A stretch of DNA of 5,824 nucleotides from Candidatus Woesearchaeota archaeon (GTDB lineage Archaea; Nanobdellota; Nanobdellia; Nanobdellales; Nanobdellaceae): assembly GCA_964468425.1 (NCBI GenBank), contig CAYXSZ010000092.1, positions 1-5,824 on the forward strand, given 5' to 3'. Below are positions 5,152 through 5,824 of this stretch, piece by piece. The notes below the pieces were generated by a model. That model was not told the DNA's origin, did no database searches, and saw only the letters and a list, made by a program, of their open reading frames with translations. The position numbers and the translations under genes are program-made. Each line of letters starts with the position of its first letter. The stretch's first letter is position 1.

Positions 5152-5824
5152 ATGGGTTGTAGATTCAAGATGAATAATCTTTCCAGAAAGAAATTGATTA
5201 ACGTGTTGATTGGGGTTATTGTTGGAGGATTGGCTGCGCTAGTGGTCAACACAGCTTATTCATTGGATCGCAACCTCCCAGTCCTACCAATTACTCAACT
5301 AGTGGATGATTACCTAAATATGACACCCATAGTAGACTCTATAGACCACATTAATCATTTGATAATTTTTAATTCAACCTATGGGATCCAAGCCGCTAAA
5401 GTAAGGGCTAATATGTTTTGTTTGAGTGGTAATTGTATAACGAGCTGGTCTTCCGTGGGTGGTAACCTGCCGTCAGGGGCTTGTCTGCTGTTTAATAATA
5501 CTTCTTGCCCCACCGGATGGAATTTCTACAGCCAATTTATCCCTAATTCCCATAGAAAATTTTATAGGAAGATCACTATAAGTAATCCTAACCCTTACAG
5601 TTTAACAGATTACCAAGTAAAAATAGACCTGAGCTCCATAAGCGATCAACCCTTCAAAGCTTTATACGATGGTTTAGTTCTAGCCTTGCACTTCGACGAA
5701 GGATACGATTCAAGAGTCGTTGACTGGAGCGGTAATGGAAACGACGGAGAGCTAAAAAATTTCGGTGGAATACTGTTTGTCAAGTATGGAGGTAAATATG
5801 GATATGGCTCATCTCCTTATTGTG
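5152..5824 (+). CDS. signal-anchored secreted/surface protein, N-terminal fragment (Cys motif + DUF2341-like + LamG/ConA-like onset); continues past the right edge
   Basis: This ORF is absent from the supplied track because it is edge-truncated. The frame opens after a TGA at 5140-5142 and I translated 224 codons without a stop through 5823. Two starts are possible: ATG 5152 (MGCRFK) or the in-frame ATG 5170 (MNNLSRKKLINVLIGVIVGGLAALVV). Either gives a basic n-region followed by one hydrophobic helix, i.e. a signal peptide or anchor. A YRKITISNPNPYSLTDYQVKIDL segment (5563-5631) resembles the start of DUF2341 domains. GLVLALHFDEGYDSRVVDWSGNGNDGEL (5671-5755) is the characteristic first strand region of LamG/Laminin_G_3-type lectin-fold domains. 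There are several N-x-S/T sequons (NMT, NST, NNTS). Confidence 0.7.
   Translation, partial: MGCRFKMNNLSRKKLINVLIGVIVGGLAALVVNTAYSLDRNLPVLPITQLVDDYLNMTPIVDSIDHINHLIIFNSTYGIQAAKVRANMFCLSGNCITSWSSVGGNLPSGACLLFNNTSCPTGWNFYSQFIPNSHRKFYRKITISNPNPYSLTDYQVKIDLSSISDQPFKALYDGLVLALHFDEGYDSRVVDWSGNGNDGELKNFGGILFVKYGGKYGYGSSPYC

Noticed and set aside
5152-5260. An archaeal class III (type IV pilin/archaellin-like) signal peptide on the surface protein.
   Set aside because: The basic n-region is followed directly by LINVLIG, with no [K/R]-G/A prepilin-peptidase cleavage motif before the hydrophobic stretch. An ordinary signal peptide or N-terminal anchor is the simpler reading.
5043-5824. tRNA-Pro as an integration site, with the downstream surface-protein gene as the edge of an island or provirus.
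   Set aside because: No integrase is present. I found no direct repeat of the tRNA 3' half (GGTTCGAATCCGGGCGGCCCCA) anywhere else in the window; the best match elsewhere is a trivial ~7-mer near 3946. I cannot compute a reliable compositional shift by eye. The idea is untestable without more downstream sequence.
1-5824. CRISPR arrays, tandem repeats, IS elements and terminal inverted repeats.
   Set aside because: Reading both strands, I saw no periodic direct repeats, no repeat-spacer architecture and no transposase-like ORF. Nearly every base is accounted for by the genes listed.

Overview
This is an AT-rich, very gene-dense window. Only about 128 of 5,824 nt lie outside a predicted gene. 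It reads as a housekeeping stretch of a small archaeal genome, probably DPANN/nanoarchaeal-like and possibly thermophilic. The minus strand carries four co-oriented genes. They are a P2-type P-type cation ATPase (2381-5008), a membrane-anchored processive-type family-2 glycosyltransferase (1239-2345, or 2354 with a TTG start), RNase Z (206-1216), and the first 72 codons of an unidentifiable ORF (216-1) that overlaps rnz by 11 nt. The plus strand carries tRNA-Pro(CGG) (5043-5114, no encoded CCA). It also carries the first 224 codons of a signal-anchored surface protein (5152 to the right edge) with a 4-Cys motif, a DUF2341-like segment and the onset of a LamG/ConA-like domain. Both edge-truncated ORFs are missing from the supplied ORF track. 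I found no CRISPR array, transposase, integrase, toxin-antitoxin pair or recognisable defence gene, and I cannot support a multi-gene novel system here. The most unexplained signal is a complete box C/D sRNA-like arrangement (C, D', C', D; 52 nt) on the plus strand, antisense to the last codons of the ATPase. Secondary oddities are diverged ion-site residues and an RHH..RHH tail in the ATPase, two interleaved divergent TATA elements in the 34-bp ATPase/tRNA spacer, a 72% GC tRNA in an AT-rich context, and the surface-protein fragment. All family assignments come from motif recognition by eye. No searches were run.
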